Positions 6,610-16,538 are shown, counted from the first letter of the stretch. The stretch: DNA of 27,969 nucleotides from a virus (IMGVR_UViG_3300020045_003671:1-27969); one strand, 5' to 3'. Made by a program: numbers and translations. Notes: generated from the sequence alone by a model not told the origin.

Positions 6610-6712
6610 GAAATTATGGCGGAATTGGTATACGCATCCCCCGAGTGAGGAAAACAGACTTGTAATCACTATAATAAATATCTGTTTAAAGGTTCGAATC
6701 CTTTTAATTTCA
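6610..6712 (+). tRNA. non-canonical tRNA-like element (Leu-type D arm, aberrant anticodon arm, oversized extra arm)
   Basis: 7-bp acceptor stem GAAATTA/TAATTTC with discriminator A; D arm TGGCGGAATTGGTATACGC; T arm AAAGG-TTCGAAT-CCTTT; two hairpins in between; no encoded CCA. Confidence 0.6.
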
Positions 6713-6746
6713 CAAACTTAAAGTAAATAATTAATAATTAAGTTAA

Positions 6747-7370
6747 ATGTCTGGACAAAAACAATATACACTTGAAGAACTTGAAAACGATTTAAAACAA
6801 TCTCATAAAGATTTTATTCGAGAATATTTCATAAATGGATGGAATAGAGTAAAAGCTTACATGAAAGTTTACCCTGATTCAAGCTATCAGGCTGCTGCTG
6901 TATCAGCTAATGAAATCCTAAAAAATCCTAAAGCGCAACAATTCTTAAATTATATAAAAGAAGACCTAGAAAAAACTTGTTTTATCAATAAAGCAAGCAT
7001 TTTAATGGAGCTAATAAAAATTGCAAAGTCAAATATTACACACTTTCATGATGATTGGATCGAATTAACGGATTGGGAAGTAATAAAGGCCGATAATCCT
7101 GATATAATGGATTCAATTGAAAGCATTGATACTAAGACTGAAACTAAGACATATAATCGAGGCGGTGAAAATGAAATAGATGCCGAGGTCAAGTATGTCA
7201 AGATTAAACTATTCAGCAAAACAGACGCAATAAAGACCATTAACGAAATGATGGGATATAAGTCAGCTGATAAGATTGAGCATTCAGGAACAATTAAAAC
7301 CGTTGATTTATCTCAATTATCTACTGAGGAACTTATATTGAGAGCGAACGCAAGTAATAAATTGAAATAA
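6747..7370 (+). CDS. terminase small subunit
   Basis: N-terminal HTH pattern HKDFIREYFINGWNRVKAYMKVY...AAVSANEILKNPKAQ; C-terminal KIKLFSKTDAI...DKIEHSG; lies upstream of the large subunit. Confidence 0.85.
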   Translation: MSGQKQYTLEELENDLKQSHKDFIREYFINGWNRVKAYMKVYPDSSYQAAAVSANEILKNPKAQQFLNYIKEDLEKTCFINKASILMELIKIAKSNITHFHDDWIELTDWEVIKADNPDIMDSIESIDTKTETKTYNRGGENEIDAEVKYVKIKLFSKTDAIKTINEMMGYKSADKIEHSGTIKTVDLSQLSTEELILRANASNKLK

Positions 7371-7458
7371 AAATAGACTTTTTGCTTTCGATTATTAAAA
7401 GTGTTACCGAGTCAAGACAAGCGATTGTAAGCAGTAAAAACACTAACTAACTGATTTG

Positions 7459-7626
7459 ATGACTAAAACAGAAAACTATATATTTACCAAATATAATCAG
7501 TCTAAATGGCCTTATATTGGGGTTAATGAATTAATCTACGATCTTAGAAACGAATTAACCAAAGACCAGATTAAGGATGAAATTCGAGAGTTAAGAAAGT
7601 CTGGAAAGATTGAAATGGTTGGTTGA
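7459..7626 (+). CDS. small winged-helix-like protein, possibly truncated by a frameshift
   Basis: Not in ORF track. MTKTENYIFTKYNQSKWPYIGVNELIYDLRNELTKDQIKDEIRELRKSGKIEMVG. Another frame continues NGWLIKIIET* to an ATGA overlap at 7643-7646. Confidence 0.55.
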   Translation: MTKTENYIFTKYNQSKWPYIGVNELIYDLRNELTKDQIKDEIRELRKSGKIEMVG

Positions 7627-7642
7627 TTAAAATAATTGAAAC

Positions 7643-7918
7643 ATGAAAATAACGCTTCCAATATTATTTAATACAAATAGTACTCAATCTTTGCAAGATG
7701 CTGACATTGATTTTGATTTAAGGGAATGTGAAATCAGAAATATGACTTTTTACAATATTGATGCAATTGCTGATTATTTTGAAAACGACATAGAATACTC
7801 ACAAATCTATTATTGCAATACAAGTGTTTATTGCACCTTAAAAAAGAATGAAGTTGAAAGAATGATTGATGGTAAAATGAAATCAATTAGCTTTGAAGAT
7901 TTAACTAAATGGAGCTAA
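7643..7918 (+). CDS. hypothetical protein between terminase subunits
   Basis: 91-aa ORF whose stop directly abuts the large terminase ATG. Confidence 0.75.
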   Translation: MKITLPILFNTNSTQSLQDADIDFDLRECEIRNMTFYNIDAIADYFENDIEYSQIYYCNTSVYCTLKKNEVERMIDGKMKSISFEDLTKWS

Positions 7919-9340
7919 ATGACTTCTCACGAATTTGAAATCTATATAGAACTTTATAAGCGCAAGCAATACGCTCATATTCCCATAGGTATTTATCCAG
8001 ATGGGAATTACTTTTATATGACTTCAAAGCAAATATTGACGCTTGAACTATTGAACGATGAAAATACTACGGACATTGGCTATGGTGGAAGCGCTCGATC
8101 AGGCAAGTCGATCATTGAATGTACTGCTATTATTTTTGATTGCTTTTCATATCCTGATATTGCGTGGGGATTAGCACGCAAAGAACTATCGACGCTAAAA
8201 AGGACTGTTTTATTGACCTTATTCAAACAATTTGAATTTTACGGTATAGTTGATGCAAAGCAAAACAAAAGTGCTAAATTCACATATAATTACAATCAGG
8301 AATTAAATAAAATATCGTTCAATAATAAATCAGATGTTTTTTTAATTGATACAGCTTATAAACCTTCCGATCCGTTAAACACTAGATTCGGGGGTTTTGA
8401 GTTGACTAGATCAGCAATAGATGAATCAAACGAAACTGAATTATCAGTCGTTTATAAGTTATTTGAGCGTACCGGATGGAGAAACAACGATACTTACAAT
8501 TTAAAAAGAAAGCAATTTGAATGCTTTAACCCTGCTAAAAACCACGTTTACAACCGTTATTACATTCCTTTTAAAGAAGGAACTGAAAGCGATCACAAAC
8601 GATTTATTCAAGCACTTCCGGCAGATAATCCGCATCCGAGCGTAAAAGAATGGATTGAAGATTTGACAAAAACAGGAGACCAGATAACAATTCAACGTCA
8701 GATATTAGGTAACTTCGATTATGACGATGATCCTTCTGCTTTATGTGGATGGGATGCAATATGTGACATATTTACCAATGATCATGTAATCGGAGGACAA
8801 AAGTATATTTCTGCCGACTTAGCAATGCAAGGGAGGGATAAATTCATTGCAGGGTATTGGGAAGGAAATAGATGTACGGTTTCAATTGACAAAGGCAAAT
8901 CAACAGGAAAATCAATTGAATTAGACCTAAAAGAATTAAAAGATAGTAAAGGTGTTGGCAATTCAAATATAGTGGCTGATAGTGACGGGTTAGGGGCGTA
9001 TTTAGAAAGCTACATTAATAATATTAAAACCTTTCACGGAGGAAGCACCAAATGTGATAAGAAGTTTGGAAATTTAAAATCTGAATGTGGATTTAAATTG
9101 TCAGAACTTATCAATAATAGACAGATTAAAATTATCTGTTCACAGTTTCAGGAGGAAGAAATAAAAAAAGAAATATCAGCCTGTTTGAAGATTGATAATT
9201 TAGATAATGACACGTCAAAAAAGAAGTTAATCACAAAGGATAAAATGAAAGAAAGCCTAGGCCATTCGCCTGACTACTTAGATATGCTGTTGATGAAAAT
9301 GATATTTGAAGTGAAAAAAGATTTTATCGCAATTTGGTAA
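7919..9340 (+). CDS. terminase large subunit
   Basis: Walker A YGGSARSGKS, Walker B SAIDES, coupling motif CFNP, DNPH, nuclease acidic motifs SADLAMQGRD and HSPDYLD. Confidence 0.93.
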   Translation: MTSHEFEIYIELYKRKQYAHIPIGIYPDGNYFYMTSKQILTLELLNDENTTDIGYGGSARSGKSIIECTAIIFDCFSYPDIAWGLARKELSTLKRTVLLTLFKQFEFYGIVDAKQNKSAKFTYNYNQELNKISFNNKSDVFLIDTAYKPSDPLNTRFGGFELTRSAIDESNETELSVVYKLFERTGWRNNDTYNLKRKQFECFNPAKNHVYNRYYIPFKEGTESDHKRFIQALPADNPHPSVKEWIEDLTKTGDQITIQRQILGNFDYDDDPSALCGWDAICDIFTNDHVIGGQKYISADLAMQGRDKFIAGYWEGNRCTVSIDKGKSTGKSIELDLKELKDSKGVGNSNIVADSDGLGAYLESYINNIKTFHGGSTKCDKKFGNLKSECGFKLSELINNRQIKIICSQFQEEEIKKEISACLKIDNLDNDTSKKKLITKDKMKESLGHSPDYLDMLLMKMIFEVKKDFIAIW

Positions 9341-9362
9341 ACTTTATCAGATTAAAAATATT

Positions 9363-9410
9363 TTATCAAATTGATAATAATATCGAAATGATTTTATAGA
9401 TTTGTACAAA
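9363..9410 (+). promoter_or_regulatory. putative promoter for head genes with palindromic sites
   Basis: TAGATTTG at 9397-9404; palindromes TTATCAA-A-TTGATAA (9363-9377) and TTTGTACAAA (9401-9410). Confidence 0.45.
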
Positions 9411-9422
9411 CATATTTAAACT

Positions 9423-11036
9423 ATGTCAGTATTATCTTTTGAAGATATTAAAACCCTGATCAATCAAGGTAAGCCAAAATGGATTAAAGAAGCGTGCGAA
9501 CAACATGAAACTTTAAATGTCCACATTAACGGTGATGATGTTGCTGAATACTTAGCCAAAGTAGGACACTACGAAAATGAACGTCAATACCAATTAAGAA
9601 AAGAATTTGCCACATCAAACAAGCACGTATTTGAAAACTTGCTTAGGCCAATTGATAAGATATTCTCCGCCAAAGGTGGCAATAGAACATATTCGGCATC
9701 TACCAAATCAAAAGAACAACAGCTAAAGACTAAATTATCAGATATTCAATACGGTTATTCGATATCCGATTGGATTCAAAAGATACAGGCCAATAAGTTT
9801 TACTCCGATCCTAATGGATTAGTATTTTTTGAGGTTAAAGAAAAAGAAACCTATCCGACAATCAAATCGATAGAATGTATCCTGAATTATAAGGCTAATG
9901 GGAGATACATTGAATGGGTAATATTTAAACCGTTTAAGAAAACAGATGCAGCCGGAGTTCAGATTGATGCTGACTTTTATAGAGTAGTAGATGACAAGTT
10001 TGATTATCTGGTTAAAAAGCAAGGCGAAGTATTATCCATTGTTGAAGATGAAACTTATCCGGTTTTATTTAAACGATGCCCCGCCATTATCAATTCAGAT
10101 TTGATCGACTACGAACTTGAGATGAAAAAGAGTCCGGTTGATTCGGTTATTGAACTGGCAGACCATTATTTAAATACAAGTTCAGTCAAAAATATATACG
10201 AGTTTTTACATGGGTATCCTATTTTTTGGGCATACGTTCAACCGTGTAGACATTGCGATGGAACTGGTTTATATGAAGGCGCAAAGTGTACTAAATGCAA
10301 CGGAGAAGGTCACACGTTCAAAAAGGATGTTTCAGACGTTATTAAACTTAAACCTCCAACATCAAACGAAGAACCTACACTAGCACCAAACATAGCCGGA
10401 TATGTCCAACCTAATTTGGAAGTATGGAGAGAACAGCGGATCGAACTGGATTGGATTTGGGGTTTGATGCACTATTCAATGTGGGGTACAAGTACTCAGG
10501 ACAATCCAAACGGCAAAGAAAAGACCGCAACAGAATCATTTTTGAATGTTCAACCTGTCAATGATAGGCTTAATCAATTGGCTGATTCATTTGAGGACAT
10601 GGAGAAAAAAATGACTGAGTTTATCGGTTATTTCTATCTTAATGAATCGTTTAAAGGTGCAAGTATTAATTATGGTCGTAGGTTCTTGGTTGAAAGCCCT
10701 GACCAGATTTGGAATAAATACGAAAAGGCCAAGACAGCCGGAAGCCCAAAAGTAAGCCTTGATTATCTGTTGAATCAATTCTATCAGGCTGAATTTGCAA
10801 ACGATTTAGAAAGCCTTACAATCGCTCAAAAAGGCATTAAACTAGAACCGTTCGTTCATAAGACAGACGAAGAAATAAGTAGTTTAACGGAATTGGCAGT
10901 GGATGACAAAATAGCCAAATACTACTTTAACGAATGGTTTAAATCGTTGGTTTATGAAGATATTCTATTAAAAGATATTGATGCACTTAAAAAAGAATTT
11001 GAAACATTTTTAACAACAAAAAAAGATGCAAGATAA
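9423..11036 (+). CDS. portal protein with inserted DnaJ-type zinc finger
   Basis: 537 aa, immediately after the terminase; portal-like KTATE motif in a helical C-terminal region; CRHCDGTG...CTKCNGEG insertion. Confidence 0.75.
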   Translation: MSVLSFEDIKTLINQGKPKWIKEACEQHETLNVHINGDDVAEYLAKVGHYENERQYQLRKEFATSNKHVFENLLRPIDKIFSAKGGNRTYSASTKSKEQQLKTKLSDIQYGYSISDWIQKIQANKFYSDPNGLVFFEVKEKETYPTIKSIECILNYKANGRYIEWVIFKPFKKTDAAGVQIDADFYRVVDDKFDYLVKKQGEVLSIVEDETYPVLFKRCPAIINSDLIDYELEMKKSPVDSVIELADHYLNTSSVKNIYEFLHGYPIFWAYVQPCRHCDGTGLYEGAKCTKCNGEGHTFKKDVSDVIKLKPPTSNEEPTLAPNIAGYVQPNLEVWREQRIELDWIWGLMHYSMWGTSTQDNPNGKEKTATESFLNVQPVNDRLNQLADSFEDMEKKMTEFIGYFYLNESFKGASINYGRRFLVESPDQIWNKYEKAKTAGSPKVSLDYLLNQFYQAEFANDLESLTIAQKGIKLEPFVHKTDEEISSLTELAVDDKIAKYYFNEWFKSLVYEDILLKDIDALKKEFETFLTTKKDAR

Positions 11037-11247
11037 AAAACACTTGGAGTACAAGGTGATCGAATGGGACAACCCATACAAGAAAACCAAAATAATCAGG
11101 AAAGAACTAACTAAGCGAGGCTTTGTTATGATTTCCGAACGTGACGCTATTACTAACAATTTACAGACTCAGGCAACTGGTTTGTTTTACGAATTGGCAG
11201 AAAAAGACGAAACTAAAAAGGTCGGAAGACCTGCAAAAGCTGAATAA
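11026..11247 (+). CDS. small head-module hypothetical protein
   Basis: 73 aa, basic tail KKVGRPAK, coupled to the portal and scaffold genes. Confidence 0.7.
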   Translation: MQDKKHLEYKVIEWDNPYKKTKIIRKELTKRGFVMISERDAITNNLQTQATGLFYELAEKDETKKVGRPAKAE

Positions 11248-11250
11248 ATT

Positions 11251-12048
11251 ATGGCAATTACAAATTTAAATGAGTTGGCGAAGTTCGTCAAAGGTGGCGC
11301 AGAAGTTCTGCAAAAAGCAATTGAATCTAAAGAGGAAACTACTTTAGAGTTAATTGAAGGTAGCTTTGTAAGCAATGATGAACTTGAAACCCTTAAAACA
11401 ACAGTAAGGGGTGAAGGTAAAAAAGAAGGTCAAACAATCGGTTATGACTTCGCAATGAAAGATTTAAAATCTGATTTTGGATTGGAAATTGAAGGCAAAG
11501 ACCGAAAAGTAATAGCTGATGCAATTAAAAACAAATTAGTTGCTGAAAACGGCAAAGAACCTTCTGCAAAGATCAAAGAATTATCTGATTCACTTAGTAA
11601 TCTTCAAAAACAATATCAAACTGATATTGCAACAAAGGAAACAGAAGTCAATCAGTATAAATCAAAAGTAAAAGACATCAAGATCAATTCCGATCTACAA
11701 ATGTCGATGCCCGAAGGATTAGATATTATTAAACCCGATCAGTTTGCTTTATTGGCTCGCTCTAATTATGAATTTGATTATGATGAAAGCGGTCAATTGG
11801 TAGCTAAAAAAGGTGGTAATGTATTAAAGGATAAATTAGAAAAACCATTGCAAGTAAAAGAAATATTAACTGATTATGCAATTCAAAATAATTGGTTAAA
11901 GTCTGGAGGTCGTGGTGGAGGTAATCAAGGTGGTGGATCATCTGACTTTAAAACAGTCAATGATGTATTCAAGCACATGGAAACCAATAAGATCGATCCT
12001 GCAAGTCCCGAAGGCCAAAAGTTAATTGATAATTTTAAAAACTCTTAA
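11251..12048 (+). CDS. putative capsid scaffolding protein
   Basis: Charged coiled-coil protein with Gly-rich linker (GGRGGGNQGGG) before a short C-terminal domain; directly upstream of the major capsid gene. Confidence 0.7.
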   Translation: MAITNLNELAKFVKGGAEVLQKAIESKEETTLELIEGSFVSNDELETLKTTVRGEGKKEGQTIGYDFAMKDLKSDFGLEIEGKDRKVIADAIKNKLVAENGKEPSAKIKELSDSLSNLQKQYQTDIATKETEVNQYKSKVKDIKINSDLQMSMPEGLDIIKPDQFALLARSNYEFDYDESGQLVAKKGGNVLKDKLEKPLQVKEILTDYAIQNNWLKSGGRGGGNQGGGSSDFKTVNDVFKHMETNKIDPASPEGQKLIDNFKNS

Positions 12049-12058
12049 TTTATAACAA

Positions 12059-13099
12059 ATGGCAAATTACGCTGATTCATTATGGCTTGCTGCTCAATAC
12101 AAGCTAGATGAGATGATGCAAAAACCGGAGTTTAAACATAAACCTTCGGCTGCATTATCTGTATTTTTAAAGAACACAAATATGCTGATTCCGGCTTCGG
12201 CTCGTGAAGCTGCATGGAATCAAAAACCATCTGATCAAGTTCCGGTAACTATTAAGAATTTAGCAAAACACACCGTCGCTTTAGGTGCTGCTCGTGCGCA
12301 TAATCATACCGGAGATATTGGTGATTCAATTACTGTAACTCCTACTTATTCAACCTATTCGAGGGTGTTTAAGTATTCAAAGAAACAATCTGACCGCAAT
12401 GTATTTGGACTTGCTGAAATGATTGCAGCAGAAGTTCGTAGTGCTGCTATTGATCTTCATGCTGCTATTGAAACCGCATTAATGGCAAACCTAAACACTA
12501 ATAAATCTCAGGTTGTTCAATCTTTGACTCCTCAGTCAGGTGATTGGGATGCTGCTAACTTCTTATTTGGGGTACTACAAGCTGATAAAGCTCAATACTT
12601 CCAATATTTGAAAACATTTATGACAGAACAGTTCTACGGAGGTTCTTATGATGTTATTAATAACGTTCGTGCAATGGCTCAGGCTAATTACTTAGCTCAA
12701 CAGGGTCAGGGAAACGCTACCAACTTAGGTTGGCAAGTTGATGGTATGAATATGGTTGCATCCACAGAATTGGCAAATGCAGTAGGTTACGATTGGATGT
12801 CTTATATCATTCCCGAAGGAACTATCGGTATTTTGCCTTGGATTCCTACTTTAAACCGTCAGGGCGATGGTGATCCTTTCGTTATTGGTGGTCGTTATTC
12901 GACTATTGCCGATCCGCTTGGTTCAGGTCTAACCTTTGCGCTGCATGAATATGCTGTTGCTGCTGATAATAGTGCTGCTGCTGGTGAAACTCAGGATGTA
13001 AATGTAGAAGTTGAATTGTCTATCGACTTGGCTCCTATCATCGCACCAATGAGTACCGCTAACGCTTCTCCAATCTTTAAAGCTGGTCAACTTTCGTAA
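12059..13099 (+). CDS. major capsid protein
   Basis: 346 aa, Ala-rich, many GCT/GGT/CGT codons suggesting high expression; position after scaffold. Confidence 0.75.
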   Translation: MANYADSLWLAAQYKLDEMMQKPEFKHKPSAALSVFLKNTNMLIPASAREAAWNQKPSDQVPVTIKNLAKHTVALGAARAHNHTGDIGDSITVTPTYSTYSRVFKYSKKQSDRNVFGLAEMIAAEVRSAAIDLHAAIETALMANLNTNKSQVVQSLTPQSGDWDAANFLFGVLQADKAQYFQYLKTFMTEQFYGGSYDVINNVRAMAQANYLAQQGQGNATNLGWQVDGMNMVASTELANAVGYDWMSYIIPEGTIGILPWIPTLNRQGDGDPFVIGGRYSTIADPLGSGLTFALHEYAVAADNSAAAGETQDVNVEVELSIDLAPIIAPMSTANASPIFKAGQLS

Positions 13100-13101
13100 T
13101 T

Positions 13102-13521
13102 ATGAAAAAGTTTATCTTTTTGCTTGTATTCGCTATTGTAGCAATGGCAGCAAGCGCACAGATTGGAGTAGTTAAGACCACGACTGTAAAACAGTATGTA
13201 AATAGTGCAACTGCCACGTCTGACGTTGTTACGGCAACAGGACAAGGCAATGCAATTACTTTTCAGACCGTATTTACTCAGGTTGGTGGAACTACTGCCG
13301 GAACTGCAACATTAAAAGGTTCGGTAGATGGTACTTCTTATGTAACTATTACTGATGCAGCCGGATTAGCCAAAGGATTTCCAAACGACACAATGACCGT
13401 TACATCTGGTGCAATATGGGATTTTGTAGTTCAGGACTTACCTTTTAAATATTATAAAGTAGTCACTATTGGATCAGGCACAAGCACTACAACTGTTTTG
13501 ACTAAATACGTCATTAAATAA
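13102..13521 (+). CDS. signal-peptide-bearing beta-rich protein next to the capsid gene (possible decoration or exported protein)
   Basis: MKKFIFLLVFAIVAMAASA|Q Sec-type signal; Thr/Gly/Val-rich mature part (GTATLKGSVDGTSYVTI...YYKVV). Confidence 0.7.
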   Translation: MKKFIFLLVFAIVAMAASAQIGVVKTTTVKQYVNSATATSDVVTATGQGNAITFQTVFTQVGGTTAGTATLKGSVDGTSYVTITDAAGLAKGFPNDTMTVTSGAIWDFVVQDLPFKYYKVVTIGSGTSTTTVLTKYVIK

Positions 13522-14561
13522 TGTTTCAAATTAGCAAAATAAATAGCAATGTGATCGGGTTAGTTGGTTGGAGACAGTCAATTGATCCGACACATCCTGT
13601 TATTGATGTTACTAATTTATCCACTTCGTCAGGTTCTTATTTTCAAGATTTCAGCCCACTTGTTACAGTTGATAACATCAAACAGACACAGAACTATCCA
13701 GCTATTAGCGATGCACAGATAAATATTATGCTCGGTGATATGGCTAAGTCTGCAATGGTTAAGGTATTAAATCAAGTATTTCAAGATGAGGACTTAATTG
13801 AGAATAAAATCCTGTTCCCTTTTGAAATGTCATATACTAAGGATATTGAAAACGATATTTCATTTGTGGGATACGAATTACAACAACCTACCAGAATGGA
13901 ATTAGCACACATTTTAAATAATATTGTGCTTTCATTTGATGGGGTTGACTCTGTTAAAATACTTCTTTTCCATAGTTCAAAACAAGCTCCGATACTGACT
14001 AAAACTATTGCAACGTTAGCAGATCAAGATGTTGATACGGTTTTAAATTGGATGCTTTCAAAAGAATACAATGGAGGAATATTTTATATAGGCTATCTTA
14101 GATCAACATTAACAGCAAAGGCAAAAAACAGAGAATGGGATAAGGCAAATGTCAGAGCGTGTTTTAATACGCTTCGCATTGAGCCTATTATGGTTTCGGG
14201 TTGGAATAGTGAAACTCTTTTCAATATTGAGGATAGAGAATATTCAGATAAGACATTTGGATTGAACTTTAATATATCATGTTGGAAAGATTACACCAAT
14301 ACAATCATTCAGAACCGGAATAAATTTGTCAATGCTTTAGGATTACAGGTAGCTATTGATGTTTGTGATTTGATTCTAAAAAGTACTAATTCAGATCGAG
14401 TAGAACGAATTTCAAAAGCAGCAGTTTTGTATGAATTAGATGGGATTGTAAGTAGCGATATGCCTAAGATAATGGGTTTAAAAGCTCGTTTGTCGGCAGA
14501 AGTAAAACGATTAAAGTCTAATTTTATAGAAACTGCTATAATAAGTAGAGGAACATTATGA
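13521..14561 (+). CDS. putative head-tail connector/neck protein
   Basis: 346 aa, coupled to neighbours, located between capsid and tail genes; function inferred from position only. Confidence 0.55.
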   Translation: MFQISKINSNVIGLVGWRQSIDPTHPVIDVTNLSTSSGSYFQDFSPLVTVDNIKQTQNYPAISDAQINIMLGDMAKSAMVKVLNQVFQDEDLIENKILFPFEMSYTKDIENDISFVGYELQQPTRMELAHILNNIVLSFDGVDSVKILLFHSSKQAPILTKTIATLADQDVDTVLNWMLSKEYNGGIFYIGYLRSTLTAKAKNREWDKANVRACFNTLRIEPIMVSGWNSETLFNIEDREYSDKTFGLNFNISCWKDYTNTIIQNRNKFVNALGLQVAIDVCDLILKSTNSDRVERISKAAVLYELDGIVSSDMPKIMGLKARLSAEVKRLKSNFIETAIISRGTL

Positions 14562-15070
14562 GCAAAGGCATAGACATATCAATTGATCAACTGTTAGCCG
14601 ATTTTATCACTTATCTATGGGTTGGAAAAGTCCGTAGTTTCTATGGTCGTATATTTCGGAATGAACGGTTTGATATTGGTAAAATATCGCCTGAAATTTG
14701 GATAACACCGGATAACTACATTGAAGTATTGAAAGATTATAAATACGATGCTCAATGTTTTTTTGATGTGCAACCGAATGAAACTGTAAATACCTACATT
14801 CATAGTTCTGACGTTTGGCTTTGCTTTATGGTTAATTTAAAAAAGATTTATCCTTTATTGACCAGAACAGAGGCAACTGAACGAATCCAAACAGACGTTG
14901 AACAATTGTTGATTAACAGTAATTTTACGATAACTGGTATGGTTCGTGGCTATGAAGGTTTCAAAGGTTATGACTTCGGAAGTAATCCACAGGCTAAAGC
15001 TGATATGTCTCCTCATTATCTATTTCGTTTCAATTTGAAAAGTACTTATATAAATTCTAATTGTAATTAA
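14558..15070 (+). CDS. putative tail terminator/completion protein
   Basis: 170 aa immediately before the major tail gene; ATGA overlap; function inferred from position. Confidence 0.5.
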   Translation: MSKGIDISIDQLLADFITYLWVGKVRSFYGRIFRNERFDIGKISPEIWITPDNYIEVLKDYKYDAQCFFDVQPNETVNTYIHSSDVWLCFMVNLKKIYPLLTRTEATERIQTDVEQLLINSNFTITGMVRGYEGFKGYDFGSNPQAKADMSPHYLFRFNLKSTYINSNCN

Positions 15071-15081
15071 AAAAGAAAAAT

Positions 15082-15963
15082 ATGGCAACTTGCACAAGTG
15101 TATCCCCAAACGTGGGAACTTTTTATGGTTTAAAAAATAGCGGATTAGGCTCGCCTATCGGAATTATCCTGACTAAAAAGGGATACACAATGACGGCTGC
15201 TAATTTCGCTTTGCTTGCTCAGCACATTGTAGGTGTGAAAGCAAAAAATGAATTTCCGGTTAAGATCAAAGATTTTGCCGATAATTCAACTGATCCTACT
15301 TACTTTGACTTTCCGGATGAAACAAGGGAAGTAACAAGGCAAGGCAAATATCGTTTCTCTGTTTCGGCTTTGGTTAATCCATGTCTGAAAAAAGAGTTGA
15401 TGAAGTTTAGAAACTATACCGGAGAGATTTGGTTTGTGTACGACAATAACGTGATCTTAGGCACTTCAAACGACTCGGGTATAACCGTAAAAGGTTTGAC
15501 TGTTTCAATGCTGAACGTTGAAAAGATGAAAATGCCAATGGCAGACGGTTCTATTGCTCCTATGGTTAATATCGTTATTGATCTGGATGATGAAAAAGAA
15601 CTTTCATTGTATTCTTATCAAGCTGAAATGACTTGGAATGTTCGTACTTTAGACGGCTTAACTCCGGTAACTATTGATCAATTTGGCGCAGCTTCTGCAA
15701 CTTCGGTTATTGTAGATGTATTTTCTGATTGTGATGGAGGTTGTGAACTTCCAATTACCGATTTGGTAACCGCTGATTTCGCTATATCGGGAGCAGGAAC
15801 TATCACAGTAGTTGCAGAAAGTGCGACAATTGACGGTAGGTATACAATTACTACTGTTGGCGCAACTAGTGCTACTGTGATTAATTTGGTTGATCCGACA
15901 TTAGTTAGCTTAACAGCGTTTCCGGTTATTTGTACTGTTCCGGCTACTATTACAGTAACCTAA
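15082..15963 (+). CDS. putative major tail (tube) protein with Ig-like C-terminal extension
   Basis: 293 aa, Thr/Val-rich C-terminal ~95 aa (DGRYTIT...ATITVT); followed by a terminator. Confidence 0.65.
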   Translation: MATCTSVSPNVGTFYGLKNSGLGSPIGIILTKKGYTMTAANFALLAQHIVGVKAKNEFPVKIKDFADNSTDPTYFDFPDETREVTRQGKYRFSVSALVNPCLKKELMKFRNYTGEIWFVYDNNVILGTSNDSGITVKGLTVSMLNVEKMKMPMADGSIAPMVNIVIDLDDEKELSLYSYQAEMTWNVRTLDGLTPVTIDQFGAASATSVIVDVFSDCDGGCELPITDLVTADFAISGAGTITVVAESATIDGRYTITTVGATSATVINLVDPTLVSLTAFPVICTVPATITVT

Positions 15964-15984
15964 TAGTATTTCATACTTAATTTT

Positions 15985-16015
15985 AAAAGGGAGACTAAAA
16001 TAGTTTCCCTTTTTT
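15985..16015 (+). terminator. Rho-independent terminator after the major tail gene
   Basis: AAAAGGGAGACTA-AAA-TAGTTTCCCTTTT followed by a further T run. Confidence 0.8.
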
Positions 16016-16033
16016 CATTGAAAATAATTGTAA

Positions 16034-16052
16034 AATAAATTTATTAAATTTG
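16034..16052 (+). promoter_or_regulatory. putative late promoter, possibly giving a leaderless mRNA
   Basis: AATAAATTTATTAAATTTG; the TAAATTTG box ends 4 nt before ATG 16057. Confidence 0.5.
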
Positions 16053-16056
16053 GGCT

Positions 16057-16527
16057 ATGAATAGTTTACTTGACATGGCTAATAAACTTAAAAGTATTGA
16101 TCTAGAATTGATTCTTGATCATACACTTGAACCTTTATTACCTGAAATGGTGAACATGAATAAGAGTCAGATATGGGATGGTAAAACTAAAAATAATACA
16201 GACATTCATCCTTTCTATTCAGAAGATCCATTTTTCAAGTCAGCCAAACAAGCTCAGGCATACAAGAATTGGAAACAACGAATAACACCAAATACTGACC
16301 GTAATCCTGACGCTCCCAACCTTTATATTAATGGATATTATCATTCGTTAATTAAAGGCGCAATACTTGATAATATTATTGAATTAGATGCCGATGGGTT
16401 TGGGCGTGGTTTTGATTCAAAGTATAAAGATATTTACGGACTGACCGAAGAACATTTAAACATTATCAGAAATAAAGTTTTGCCACAAATGACAGAACGA
16501 ATTAGAGTTAATTTAGGAATAACTTAA
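16057..16527 (+). CDS. putative tail completion/morphogenesis protein
   Basis: 156 aa with PNLYINGYYHSLI, similar to the L-x-x-T/N-G pattern of neck/tail-completion proteins; tail module position. Confidence 0.5.
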   Translation: MNSLLDMANKLKSIDLELILDHTLEPLLPEMVNMNKSQIWDGKTKNNTDIHPFYSEDPFFKSAKQAQAYKNWKQRITPNTDRNPDAPNLYINGYYHSLIKGAILDNIIELDADGFGRGFDSKYKDIYGLTEEHLNIIRNKVLPQMTERIRVNLGIT

Positions 16528-16538
16528 AAATAAATATC

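Noticed and set aside
11905-11940. GGT/GGA-rich repeat-like run
   Set aside because: Simply encodes the Gly-rich linker of the scaffold protein
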